45,964 nucleotides of DNA from an uncultured Dehalococcoidales bacterium (GCA_964552485.1 CAZKHH010000002.1:1-45964); one strand, 5' to 3'; positions 8,886-18,126 are shown, numbered from the stretch's first letter. Notes: a model not told the origin generated them from the letters alone. Made by a program: numbers and translations.

Positions 8886-9383
8886 CTATTTCGACTGCGA
8901 ATCCAGGATCATCTCAGCAACGATGCGGGCTGCTCTGCCCGGAACAAACGCGCACCTCTTGAAGCCTTCCATCCGGTTGAATTCCTTGGCATCCTCCGGG
9001 TCAGCGAGGTTGAGGTCTTTACCGAATCGTTCACGAATAATGTCGCGACACATGACGCTGCCGAACTCCTTCTCAAAACGGCGGCAGAACTTCCGCCCCT
9101 GTCCAATGGCACGGAAATAGCTATCCATGTCGCTCGGGTCTTCCCTTCCAAAAACGAGGCCTATCGCCATGAGGCCACCGACAATACCGCCGCAGGTCTC
9201 GCCACGCAACGCAATTCCAGGCATAGCTGTCGCAGCTTTGTAGGTAAGTGTGTCACCGATTCCGAATTGCTCCTGCAGGGCTCTCAGACAGCCCTGGGCG
9301 CAACAACCCGATTCGATTTCGTACTCACCAGCGTTGCGCTCAACTTCATCCAGTATCTCTTCTCTGGTCTTCTCGGAGGGCAT
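8886..9383 (-). CDS. C_GCAxxG_C_C family putative redox-active protein
   Basis: The Cys pattern is GCCAQGCL ... GETCGGIVGGLMAIG ... FGSVMCRDI ... KRCAF. The start is set at the Met of MPSEKTREEIL, preceded by a GAAAGGAG Shine-Dalgarno element. The longer ORF to 9473 has no supporting evidence. Confidence 0.7.
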   Translation of the reverse strand: MPSEKTREEILDEVERNAGEYEIESGCCAQGCLRALQEQFGIGDTLTYKAATAMPGIALRGETCGGIVGGLMAIGLVFGREDPSDMDSYFRAIGQGRKFCRRFEKEFGSVMCRDIIRERFGKDLNLADPEDAKEFNRMEGFKRCAFVPGRAARIVAEMILDSQSK

Positions 9384-9495
9384 AGCGTGAAACTCCTTTC
9401 TCTTTGGTCCGGTCTTTCGTCGGGCAAGGTCGATACGACGTACAGCATGACGGAAATGCGTACTCAGTTGCAAGCATGAAACCTGTTCGCACAGG

Positions 9496-9522
9496 TTGAC
9501 ACTAGTGAGCCCATACTATAAT
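9496..9522 (+). promoter_or_regulatory. Consensus-hexamer promoter (TTGACA / TATAAT) about 255 nt upstream of ino1
   Basis: TTGACA lies at 9496-9501 and TATAAT at 9517-9522. The spacer is only 15 nt, which is suboptimal. The -35 overlaps the 7-bp-arm palindrome AACCTGT-TCGC-ACAGGTT at 9480-9497. Confidence 0.45.
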
Positions 9523-9778
9523 GTTCAAGCGCCGTGATGACAGCCAGACCCCCACAGCGGCGGCAGAAACAAGACTGCGTGTAGATGATTCGTTCAGGTC
9601 AAGTCACAATAGCCGGGGCTCTTGTCCACTTCGAGGCCGTGACAGCCAACCACATAGCCTATCGTGACCTGTACACGCGCACGGTATTGTAATGAAGCAC
9701 TGTCCGAAACCGGGTCGTATCCCGGCAAAGACGAGGCTGTAAGACGCGGTGCCAAGCCGGTTCAAGGAGGCATATAAC

Positions 9779-10903
9779 ATGGGTAGCGTGAATGTGGCAA
9801 TCATTGGAGTAGGAAACTGCGCCTCATCCTTCGTACAAGGCGTTCACTACTATCGTGACGCGAACGAGGACGACTTCGTACCAGGGCTCATGCATGTGAA
9901 CCTTGGCGGATATCACATTTCGGACATCAATTTCGTCGCTGCCTTTGACGTCGACAAGAATAAGGTCGGCAAGGACCTTGCAAAGGCGATTTACGCCCAG
10001 CCCAACAACACGTACAAGTTCGCGGACGTACCGAAGACCGGCGTGAAAGTAGACCGCGGCATGACTCATGATGGTCTTGGCAAGTACCTCTCTCAGATCA
10101 TCGAGAAGGCGCCCGGTTCCACGGCGGACATAGTCGGCATCCTCAAGGAAACGAAGACAGACGTGGTCGTCAATTACCTCCCCGTCGGGAGCGAGGAAGC
10201 GACCAAATGGTATGTCGAGCAGATTCTCGCTGCCGGTTGTGGCCTTGTCAATTGCATCCCGGTATTCATTGGCCGCGAGGCTTACTGGCAGAAGCGCTTT
10301 TCCGACACGGGGATTCCGGTCATAGGTGACGACATCAAATCGCAAGTTGGGGCCACCATAACGCACCGGATACTCACAAGGTTGTTCCGTGATCGCGGAG
10401 TGAAGCTTGAGCGCACCTATCAGCTGAATTTCGGAGGCAACACGGACTTCCTCAACATGCTGGAACGCGAGAGACTGGAGTCGAAGAAGATCTCGAAGAC
10501 GAACGCGGTTACATCGCAGCTGGACTACGATATGGGCGCCGACAATGTCCACGTTGGTCCGAGCGATTACGTACCCTGGCTTCAGGACCGCAAGTTCTGC
10601 CATGTCCGCATGGAGGGACGGACGTTCGGTGATGTCCCGCTGAATCTCGAGATGAAACTCGAGGTCTGGGACAGCCCCAATTCCGCCGGCGTGGTAATCG
10701 ACGCTGTCAGGTGCTGCAAGCTCGCACTCGATCGCGGGCTCAGCGGAACTCTGGTTGGCCCATCTTCCTATTTCATGAAGTCGCCGCCTATGCAGTTCTC
10801 CGATGATGAGGCACACCACCGTACCGAGGACTTCATCAAGGGCGACGCGCAGGAGGAACCCGTAACGCTTCCTGCTCCGATGGTCGCCGAGGGGCAGGCC
10901 TAG
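9779..10903 (+). CDS. ino1: myo-Inositol-3-phosphate (inositol-1-phosphate) synthase
   Basis: The N-terminus [25 protein letters not shown], together with the protein length and overall pattern, fits the archaeal/bacterial MIPS family. An AAGGAGG Shine-Dalgarno element lies 8 nt upstream of the ATG at 9779. Confidence 0.88.
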   Translation: MGSVNVAIIGVGNCASSFVQGVHYYRDANEDDFVPGLMHVNLGGYHISDINFVAAFDVDKNKVGKDLAKAIYAQPNNTYKFADVPKTGVKVDRGMTHDGLGKYLSQIIEKAPGSTADIVGILKETKTDVVVNYLPVGSEEATKWYVEQILAAGCGLVNCIPVFIGREAYWQKRFSDTGIPVIGDDIKSQVGATITHRILTRLFRDRGVKLERTYQLNFGGNTDFLNMLERERLESKKISKTNAVTSQLDYDMGADNVHVGPSDYVPWLQDRKFCHVRMEGRTFGDVPLNLEMKLEVWDSPNSAGVVIDAVRCCKLALDRGLSGTLVGPSSYFMKSPPMQFSDDEAHHRTEDFIKGDAQEEPVTLPAPMVAEGQA

Positions 10904-10931
10904 CGCAACGCTCGGCCGGGACGCTTCGACC

Positions 10932-10951
10932 GGGCCCGCTCCAGCGGGCCC
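10932..10951 (+). promoter_or_regulatory. GC-rich hairpin immediately upstream of the phosphatidyltransferase start codon
   Basis: An 8-bp stem pairs GGGCCCGC with GCGGGCCC around the 4-nt loop TCCA. There is no T-tract. The hairpin ends 5 nt before the ATG at 10957, and no Shine-Dalgarno element is visible. Confidence 0.35.
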
Positions 10952-10956
10952 GTTGC

Positions 10957-11559
10957 ATGTCAGCCATGGACAATATTCAGCGGATACGACGAAGCATCGG
11001 AGACAGGGCGATTATGCCGCTTGTGGCGTTGCTCGTGCGTTTGCGCGTCTCCCCGAGTGCTGTCACCATCACAGGAACACTATTCACGGTCGGCGCCGGG
11101 TGGCTGGCATACCAGGGCTTGTTCCTGTGGTCAGGCCTGGTGCTGGGCGCTGCAGGACTGGCCGATGTTGCCGATGGCGCGCTGGCGCGCGCCCTGGGAC
11201 GTGAGTCCCGTTTCGGTGCCGTACTCGATTCAACATGTGACCGCATTTCGGAGGGTGCGCTTCTAATGGGCGTGTCGTTGTGGTTCGTGGTCGCCGGCGA
11301 CGTGGCTGCGGTAGCCATCACACTTATCGCGTTGATCAGTTCCTTTCTGGTCAGTTATCTGCGAGCCCGCGGCGAGGGCACCGGCTTCGAAATGAAGGTT
11401 GGTTTGTGCACCCGGCCCGAGAGGGTTATAGTATTGGCGATTGGCCTTCTGACGGGCTTCATATTCATCGCTGTATCCCTGATTGCGTTGTGTGCGTCCG
11501 TTACGGTCGTCCAACGGCTTGTGCACGTGCAACAGGCAGGAAAGGAGACCCAGTACTAA
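10957..11559 (+). CDS. CDP-alcohol phosphatidyltransferase, a candidate phosphatidylinositol-phosphate synthase
   Basis: The full signature D-x2-DG-x2-AR-x8-G-x3-D-x3-D is present in ADVADGALARALGRESRFGAVLDSTCD. The 200-aa protein is multi-pass and hydrophobic, and it lies directly after ino1. Confidence 0.85.
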   Translation: MSAMDNIQRIRRSIGDRAIMPLVALLVRLRVSPSAVTITGTLFTVGAGWLAYQGLFLWSGLVLGAAGLADVADGALARALGRESRFGAVLDSTCDRISEGALLMGVSLWFVVAGDVAAVAITLIALISSFLVSYLRARGEGTGFEMKVGLCTRPERVIVLAIGLLTGFIFIAVSLIALCASVTVVQRLVHVQQAGKETQY

Positions 11560-12836
11560 TGCCAGTCGTTGCTCTGGTGGGTGGACAGTGGGGGGACGAG
11601 GGTAAAGGGAAAGTCATCGACTCCCTTGCCTCTCAGGCGGACATGGTTGTTCGCTACGCCGGTGGAGACAATGCCGGTCACACCACCGTCAATCCACACG
11701 GAACGTTCAAATTGCATCTAGTGCCTTCGGGCATCTTCCACGAGAACGCGACATGTGTCATAGGTAACGGAGTTGTCGTCAACCCTGCCGTCCTGCTGAA
11801 GGAGATTGCCGAGCTGCAGTCACACGGTCTGGCAGTGAAGAACCTCGTAATCAGCGACCGTGCCCATGTGATCATGCCTTACCACATTCTTCTCGATGGC
11901 CTCGAGGAGGAACGGCGAGGCAGCCATGCGATAGGGACAACGCGCAGAGGCATAGGCCCCGCGTTTGTCGACAAGGTGGCACGAAACGGCATACGTATTG
12001 GCGACCTTATGGATGCCGATTGCTTTCGAGAACGCCTTGTATACGCATTGGAGCAGAAGAATGCCCTCCTGACATCACTGTACAAGCATGAACCGCTATC
12101 AGTGGACGAAGTGTACGAGCAGTATATCGACTACGGCAACAAGATATGCACGCATGTCTGTGACACGCTGCCACTCATACACGAGGCACGTGAGCGCGGC
12201 GATTTCATTATGCTGGAGGGAGCCCAGGGAACGCTCCTTGACACAGACTTTGGCTCCTATCCGTTTGTAACGTCGTCATCTCCGCTATCGGGCGGAGGAA
12301 CTCTGGGCAGCGGACTGGGGCCTACACACATCGAGCGGGTGATTGGTGTTTACAAGGCCTACACCACACGGGTGGGTGGCGGGCCGATGCCAACGGAACT
12401 GAATGACGAAACAGGCACCTTCATCCGCGACAAGGCTGGCGAATATGGCGCGACTACAGGTCGCCCGCGCCGTTGCGGCTGGTTCGACGCCGTTGCGGGT
12501 AGACTGAGCGTACAGGTGAACGGGATGACGGACGTGGCACTTACGCACCTCGACATCTTCGACGGCTTCGAGTCGGTGAAGATATGCACGGGCTACCGTG
12601 TCAACGGAAAACTGATCACCAGCTTCCCGGCACGAATTAAAGTGCTAGAGGAATGCGAGCCAGTGTACGAGGAATTCCCGGGCTGGAGCGAGTGTACTGA
12701 GGACGTAACCGACTTCTCCGGGTTGCCCGGTAACGCCCGAAACTACGTAAATCAGGTCGGGCGACTGCTTGGATGCGACGTGTCGCTCATCTCTATGGGC
12801 CCCAAGAGAGAGCAGATGATCTGTGTCAAGCCGTAA
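11559..12836 (+). CDS. purA: Adenylosuccinate synthetase
   Basis: The N-terminus MPVVALVGGQWGDEGKGKVID is present, along with the motifs GGDNAGHT and TTRRGIGP. The ATG overlaps the upstream TAA stop (TAATG at 11557-11561). The 11280 extension is an in-frame artefact. Confidence 0.95.
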   Translation: MPVVALVGGQWGDEGKGKVIDSLASQADMVVRYAGGDNAGHTTVNPHGTFKLHLVPSGIFHENATCVIGNGVVVNPAVLLKEIAELQSHGLAVKNLVISDRAHVIMPYHILLDGLEEERRGSHAIGTTRRGIGPAFVDKVARNGIRIGDLMDADCFRERLVYALEQKNALLTSLYKHEPLSVDEVYEQYIDYGNKICTHVCDTLPLIHEARERGDFIMLEGAQGTLLDTDFGSYPFVTSSSPLSGGGTLGSGLGPTHIERVIGVYKAYTTRVGGGPMPTELNDETGTFIRDKAGEYGATTGRPRRCGWFDAVAGRLSVQVNGMTDVALTHLDIFDGFESVKICTGYRVNGKLITSFPARIKVLEECEPVYEEFPGWSECTEDVTDFSGLPGNARNYVNQVGRLLGCDVSLISMGPKREQMICVKP

Positions 12837-12874
12837 CGGCCACCGGGCGTTTTACCGTAAGAATACACTGGCTA

Positions 12875-13768
12875 CTACAGCGGTGCCAGGTCCACCTTGT
12901 GCTCGCTGAGAGTGGCGAGGATTGCATCGGCAGTCTTCGGATCCGGCGGACAAAGTGGCAGTCTCGTCGGCCCCACACGATAACCAAGCTGGTTCATCGC
13001 GAATTTCAGGGGTATCGGATTGGCCACAAGGAACATCGCGTCAACAAGTGGTAGCAGCCCCCTGTGTATCGCTGCCGCTTCTTTCACATTGCCAGCCAAC
13101 AGCTTGTTCATCATGTCCCTGGTCTGAACACCGACAAGGTGCGTTATCACCCCGACCACACCATAACCGCCCATCGCCATAAGAGGGAACGTATCCCCGT
13201 CATTGCCACTGTAGACCAGAAATTCGTCACTAACGCCATGGATAATGGCGGCTATCTGCCTGAAATTGGCGCTCGCTTCCTTCACACCGACGATGTTATC
13301 TACCTCGCTAAGGCGTATCACCGTGTCGGCAGCCATGTTGCATGACGTACGACCCGGCACGTTGTACATGATGCATGGAAGCTTCGTAGAGTTCGCGATC
13401 GATTTGAAATGAAGGTACAGTCCTTCCTGGGTCGGCTTATTGTAGTACGGAACGACAAGAAGGCATCCGTCGACGCCAACTGCTTCGGCCTCCTGTGTCA
13501 ACTCGATGCTCTCGGCTGTGCTGTAATTGCCGGTTCCTGCGACGACTGCGCCGTCATCACCAAGCTCTTCCTTGATCTCTCCAAACAGCCGCAGCTTCTC
13601 TTCCCAACTCAAGGTAGGGGATTCTCCCGTGGTGCCACACACCACGAGGCCGTCGCTACCGGACTTCATGAGTGCCCGGGCAAGTCTCCGCGCCTGGTCG
13701 AAGTCGACCTCACCCTGTTCATCGAACGGAGTCACCATCGCTGTCAGTAGCCGTCCGAGTTTCTGCAT
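12875..13768 (-). CDS. dapA: 4-hydroxy-tetrahydrodipicolinate synthase
   Basis: The motifs LTAMVTPF, VVCGTTGESPTLS and PYYNKPTQEGL, and the 297-aa length, fit DapA. Confidence 0.93.
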   Translation of the reverse strand: MQKLGRLLTAMVTPFDEQGEVDFDQARRLARALMKSGSDGLVVCGTTGESPTLSWEEKLRLFGEIKEELGDDGAVVAGTGNYSTAESIELTQEAEAVGVDGCLLVVPYYNKPTQEGLYLHFKSIANSTKLPCIMYNVPGRTSCNMAADTVIRLSEVDNIVGVKEASANFRQIAAIIHGVSDEFLVYSGNDGDTFPLMAMGGYGVVGVITHLVGVQTRDMMNKLLAGNVKEAAAIHRGLLPLVDAMFLVANPIPLKFAMNQLGYRVGPTRLPLCPPDPKTADAILATLSEHKVDLAPL

Positions 13769-13770
13769 GG

Positions 13771-14808
13771 TCAGGTCCTCCTCTTTCTTGACTTGATCCA
13801 GTCGTGTCTCAACCCTTCCTCAACGATCTGCACCGCGTTCAACGCAGAGCCTTTTCGAAGATTGTCGCATACCACCCACAGGGAGAGTGCGTTCGACCGT
13901 GAAGTATCCCGCCTCAGGCGTCCAACGAACACGTGATTGAAGCCGCTTGCAGCCCACGGTTGTGGATAGAAGCTCACACTCGGATCATCAAGTATGCGCA
14001 CTCCCGGAGCCTGAGCGAGAATCCTCCTGGCCTCATCCAAAGTTATAGCGGATTCGAATTCAGCCGTCACCGCCTGGCTCTGGCCGAAATACACGGGCAC
14101 GCGGACACAAGTAGCCGTCACTCCCAGGTCTTCCATCTTAAACACGCGTCGCGTCTCTTCCATCACGCGCCACTCTTCTTTGGTGTATCCGTTGTCGAGG
14201 AACACATCTATCTCGGGCAGCACATTGAAGGCTATTTGGTGCGAATACATATGCGGGCACACCCGCCGGCCCTCCAGAACTCTCTTGGCCTGCGACGTCA
14301 ATTCCTTCAACGCACTCGCAGTGCCGCTACATGACACGGGTTGATACGTGCTTACCACCACTCGCTTGAGTGGATTGACCTTGTGCAGTGGATACAACGC
14401 GAGGGCAAGCTGAATTGTGCCACACCCCGGACTGCCGAGAATACCCTTGTGGGAAGCGATGTCTTCTGAGTTCACTTCAGGCACGACAATCGGCACATTG
14501 GAATCAGCTGCCGTGATACCACTATCATCGACGACGATGGCTCCTGCCTGCAAAGCCGACGGCAACAGTCTGCGTGTAGCGTCGGCACCATCGAGGAAGA
14601 AGGCAATATCTATCTCCCGGAAGGAATCCCTGGTAGCTACCTCAACCTCAAGCCGCTGGTGGCTGAAGAAATACTGAGAGGACGGGGCTCGGTCGCTGTC
14701 GAACAAGCGCACATTCCGCGCTGGAAACCGTCGCTCCTCAAGGATCTTGAGCAGTTCCTGGCCTACCAGCCCATCAGCGCCCACAATCGCAACGCTAAGA
14801 GGTTCCAT
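13771..14808 (-). CDS. asd: Aspartate-semialdehyde dehydrogenase
   Basis: The sequence begins MEPLSVAIVGADGLVGQELLKIL and contains an active-site Cys context (SPGCGTIQL). I prefer the ATG at 14808 over the TTG at 14835, which would overlap dapB. Confidence 0.9.
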   Translation of the reverse strand: MEPLSVAIVGADGLVGQELLKILEERRFPARNVRLFDSDRAPSSQYFFSHQRLEVEVATRDSFREIDIAFFLDGADATRRLLPSALQAGAIVVDDSGITAADSNVPIVVPEVNSEDIASHKGILGSPGCGTIQLALALYPLHKVNPLKRVVVSTYQPVSCSGTASALKELTSQAKRVLEGRRVCPHMYSHQIAFNVLPEIDVFLDNGYTKEEWRVMEETRRVFKMEDLGVTATCVRVPVYFGQSQAVTAEFESAITLDEARRILAQAPGVRILDDPSVSFYPQPWAASGFNHVFVGRLRRDTSRSNALSLWVVCDNLRKGSALNAVQIVEEGLRHDWIKSRKRRT

Positions 14809-14812
14809 ACAC

Positions 14813-15607
14813 TCAGAGTCCGAGTATCTTATCAAGTCCCACTATGAGGCCCTTGCGCTTCAATGATTCTCTTACCGCCATCATTACACCGGGCATGTAG
14901 GACTCCCGACTCGTTGCATCATGTCTAAGCGCCAGTGTCTGGCCCTGTCCACCGAAAAGCACCTCCTGCGAGGCCATGATTCCGGGCAGCCGAACCGAGT
15001 GAATAGCCACGCCGTATGTCTCGCCGCCTCGCGCAGAGGGCAACACCTCTCGTTCTGTCGGAGGATACACGAAAGCCTTGCCTCGCGCCTCAGCCAGTAA
15101 GCGAGCAGTGGTCATAGCAGTTCCGGAAGGAGCGTCCAGCTTCTTGTCATGATGCATCTCGATGATTTCCACGTTGTCGAAGTAATGTGCAGCTATCGTG
15201 GCAAGATGCATCAGGACCACAGCCCCGAGCGAGAAATTCGGGGCCACCACGGCACATCGCTCACTTCGGTCACAAAGTCCTCTGATTTCATCGAAGTCTT
15301 CGTTGCTCAAGCCCGTGCTGCCTGTAACGACATTCACGCCGAGGGGAAGTGCAATGCGGCACACTTCGACAGCAATGGCTGCCTTGGTGAAATCCACGAC
15401 TACATCCGGTTGCACGCGCTCAAGGAGCGCACCCAGGTCGGAGGAAAAGGGAATGAGCCCAGAAGACTCCGGTGCAGGGAAGCAGGGTTGGGACACGGCA
15501 GCTTCAACGGCTCCCACAAGCTGCATGTCGGATTGGGCAAGAACCGTGCGCGCTACCTGCTCTCCCATCCGCCCGAGGGCGCCGTTGACGACCACCCGTG
15601 TAACCAC
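14813..15607 (-). CDS. dapB: 4-hydroxy-tetrahydrodipicolinate reductase
   Basis: The motifs VVVNGALGRMG, EIIEMHHDKKLDAPSGTA and others fit DapB. The GTG at 15607 has a GGGGGAG Shine-Dalgarno element 6 nt upstream. The GTG at 15637 is an alternative start. Confidence 0.88.
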   Translation of the reverse strand: MVTRVVVNGALGRMGEQVARTVLAQSDMQLVGAVEAAVSQPCFPAPESSGLIPFSSDLGALLERVQPDVVVDFTKAAIAVEVCRIALPLGVNVVTGSTGLSNEDFDEIRGLCDRSERCAVVAPNFSLGAVVLMHLATIAAHYFDNVEIIEMHHDKKLDAPSGTAMTTARLLAEARGKAFVYPPTEREVLPSARGGETYGVAIHSVRLPGIMASQEVLFGGQGQTLALRHDATSRESYMPGVMMAVRESLKRKGLIVGLDKILGL

Positions 15608-15664
15608 TTTCTTCTCCCCCTCAGCTACGCATTTCACAAGCCTGCATCGAACAGGCCGGGGTAG

Positions 15665-17845
15665 CTAACGCCGCGAGGAACGCTGTGGTCTGTCGCCCGG
15701 TGGACGAGAACGAGGATGAGAATGCTGTTGCTGGCGCGGAGGACGCGATGGTCGCTGCTCGGATTCCTCGGATTCGCCTGCGAACACAGCGCGACGCGAC
15801 AGGTTGATACGGCCCAGATTATCGATCTCAATCACCTTAACCGTTACTTCGTCGCCGACTTCGACCTCATCGCGGACTGTCGGCACTCGGTAATCCGCCA
15901 ATTCGCTTATGTGAACAAGACCCTCTTTGCCGGGCAACACTTCAACCATAGCCCCAAAATCGAATATACGTGTCACTTTGCCGGTGTAAATCTCACCGGC
16001 CTTGATCTCACGTGTGAGGTCTTCGATCATTTTAACTGCGCGCCGCGTTGATTCCTCGTTTGAGGAACCGACCATAACAGTACCATCGTTCTTGACATCG
16101 ATGGAGGCTTTCGTCTCGTCGATTATGGCCCGGATAGTCCGCCCCCCGGGTCCAATCACTGAACCAATCTTATCAGCGTCTATCTTCAGCTCAAGCATCC
16201 GAGGCGCGAAAGGGCTGAGTTCGGATCGGCTCTCGCTAATCGTCTCAGCCATCTCGTCCAATATGAAGAACCGCGCCTGACGTGCCTGTTCAAGCGCTTC
16301 GGTAAGGATTCCGGCAGGGATTCCCTGGAGTTTTATGTCCAATTGGAGAGCAGTTATCCCGTCGCGGGTGCCTGCCACCTTGAAATCCATATCTCCGAGG
16401 GCGTCTTCCATTCCCTCGATATCCGTGAGCACAAGGTGCCTATCACCGGCTGTAATCACGCCCATGGCAATACCCGCCACGGGGGCGGTAATCGGCACGC
16501 CCGCATCCATGAGCGCGAGCGTCGACCCGCACACACTTGCCATTGATGAACTGCCGTTTGAGCTGAGAATCTCGGAGACAATCCTGAGCGTGTACGGAAA
16601 CTCCTCCTCTGACGGCAACACCGCAGAAACGGCTCGCTCGACGAGCGCGCCGTGGCCTATCTCGCGCCGACCAGGTGTACGCATCCGTTTGACTTCGCCG
16701 GTCGAAAACGGCGGGAAGTTGTAGTGGTGCATAAACCGCTTTGTCTCCGCGAGACCAAGTCCGTCCAGCATCTGCTCCTGGCGCTCTGAGCCCAGGGTCG
16801 CGATACTGAGAGCCTGAGTTTGTCCACGCGTGAATAGTCCCGAACCGTGAGTGCGCGGCAACACGCCTACTTCGGTCGATATCGGGCGAATCTCATCAGA
16901 CTTGCGTCCATCAACATGTTGCCCGGTCCTGAGGATATGCTCACGCACATGCGTGCGCAATTGTGTGTCATAAACGTACGAGACTTCATGTGCGTCATAG
17001 GTTTCGGACCAGGTCTGGAGGGCTTGCTCTCTGATTGCGTCGAGTTGGATCGCCCGGTTTGCCTTGTCGGAGTGAGAAAGAGCATCCTCAAGCTTCTCGT
17101 CGAGGAGCGTGCTTATGCTGGCCACAAGGGCCGAGGGCGCCTCGTATGGCTGTACCGTAGACTTCTCACATCCGCACTGCGCACGTAGTTCGTCCTGAAG
17201 ATCCAGTATCTCCTGGTTGGCCTTGTGTCCAAGCTCGATGGCTTCCAGGATAGTCTGTTCGCTGAGACCGCTCGCGCCGGCTTCAACCATGACAACCGCA
17301 TTGCGCGTGCTCCCAACCACAATATCGAGTTCGCTCTCTTCCATAGAGCTCATGACAGGATTCAGCGCCAGCCGTCCGTCGATAAACCCAACATGGACAG
17401 AGGACACCGGACCGGCAAAAGGTATGTGGGAAATGCCCAGCGCGGCCGATGCTCCAATGAGGGCGCAGGTATCGGGATTGTTCTCTTTGTCCGCGGACAA
17501 TACTGTCGCGATTACCTGCGTTTCACGGCCGAATCGTTTCGAGAGGAGTGGGCGGAGGCAACGGTCGGTCAGGCGGGCTGTCAGAATCGCATCTTCACTC
17601 GGCCGGCTTTCCCGGCGTATAAAGCTCCCTGGAATCTTGCCCGCGGCGTAGAGTTTCTCCTCGTAGTCAACGGTAAGTGGAACGAAGTCCATTCCGCCTA
17701 CGGGCTCACGAGCGGCACACACCGTCACAAGGACAAGCGTGTCACCATAGCGGACCAGTGCGGAGCCGTCAGCCTGCTCAGCAAGTCTGCCGGCTTCAAT
17801 AGAAAAGGGGCGCCCAGCTATGGAGCGCTGCACCAGATGGGGCAT
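15665..17845 (-). CDS. pnp: Polyribonucleotide nucleotidyltransferase (PNPase)
   Basis: Two RNase PH domains are followed by KH (GPGGRTIRAI) and S1 (GEIYTGKVTRIFDFGAMVEV) domains. A GAGGAGG Shine-Dalgarno element is embedded in the end of rpsO. Confidence 0.97.
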   Translation of the reverse strand: MPHLVQRSIAGRPFSIEAGRLAEQADGSALVRYGDTLVLVTVCAAREPVGGMDFVPLTVDYEEKLYAAGKIPGSFIRRESRPSEDAILTARLTDRCLRPLLSKRFGRETQVIATVLSADKENNPDTCALIGASAALGISHIPFAGPVSSVHVGFIDGRLALNPVMSSMEESELDIVVGSTRNAVVMVEAGASGLSEQTILEAIELGHKANQEILDLQDELRAQCGCEKSTVQPYEAPSALVASISTLLDEKLEDALSHSDKANRAIQLDAIREQALQTWSETYDAHEVSYVYDTQLRTHVREHILRTGQHVDGRKSDEIRPISTEVGVLPRTHGSGLFTRGQTQALSIATLGSERQEQMLDGLGLAETKRFMHHYNFPPFSTGEVKRMRTPGRREIGHGALVERAVSAVLPSEEEFPYTLRIVSEILSSNGSSSMASVCGSTLALMDAGVPITAPVAGIAMGVITAGDRHLVLTDIEGMEDALGDMDFKVAGTRDGITALQLDIKLQGIPAGILTEALEQARQARFFILDEMAETISESRSELSPFAPRMLELKIDADKIGSVIGPGGRTIRAIIDETKASIDVKNDGTVMVGSSNEESTRRAVKMIEDLTREIKAGEIYTGKVTRIFDFGAMVEVLPGKEGLVHISELADYRVPTVRDEVEVGDEVTVKVIEIDNLGRINLSRRAVFAGESEESEQRPSRPPRQQQHSHPRSRPPGDRPQRSSRR

Positions 17846-17851
17846 CGTCTA

Positions 17852-18118
17852 CTACCTCCTCAGTCCCAGCCTAGCAACCAACGACCGATACCGTTCGGGA
17901 TCGTGCTTGAACACGTAGGCAAGGAGCCGCCGACGGCGGCCAGTCAGCCTCAACAGTGCCCTTCTGGTGTTATGGTCATGGCGATTGACCTTGAGGTGCT
18001 CCGTGAGAGACGAAATGCGCGACGACAGCACTGCTATCTGCACATCGGCAGAGCCGGTATCTCCCTCGCTCAGAGCAAACTGACCGATCAGCTCTTTCTT
18101 CTTTTCAGACTGCAACAT
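17852..18118 (-). CDS. rpsO: 30S ribosomal protein S15
   Basis: The 88-aa sequence [40 protein letters not shown] is classic S15, and the gene lies upstream of pnp. Confidence 0.97.
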   Translation of the reverse strand: MLQSEKKKELIGQFALSEGDTGSADVQIAVLSSRISSLTEHLKVNRHDHNTRRALLRLTGRRRRLLAYVFKHDPERYRSLVARLGLRR

Positions 18119-18126
18119 GATGGCGA

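Noticed and set aside
11280-11558. An in-frame N-terminal extension of purA would give a 518-aa ORF. Similar extensions exist for rbfA (3777), the pncA fusion (22075), gmk (40936), birA (43318), mutS (39493), rpoC (33108) and the 8886 gene (9473).
   Set aside because: The extensions overlap upstream genes, lack similarity to the respective families, and the internal starts match canonical N-termini and/or carry Shine-Dalgarno elements.
12835-12853. A possible purA terminator, AACGGCC-ACC-GGGCGTT followed by TTTT.
   Set aside because: The stem contains a G-G mismatch, is only 7 bp and overlaps the stop codon. It is too weak to call as a feature.
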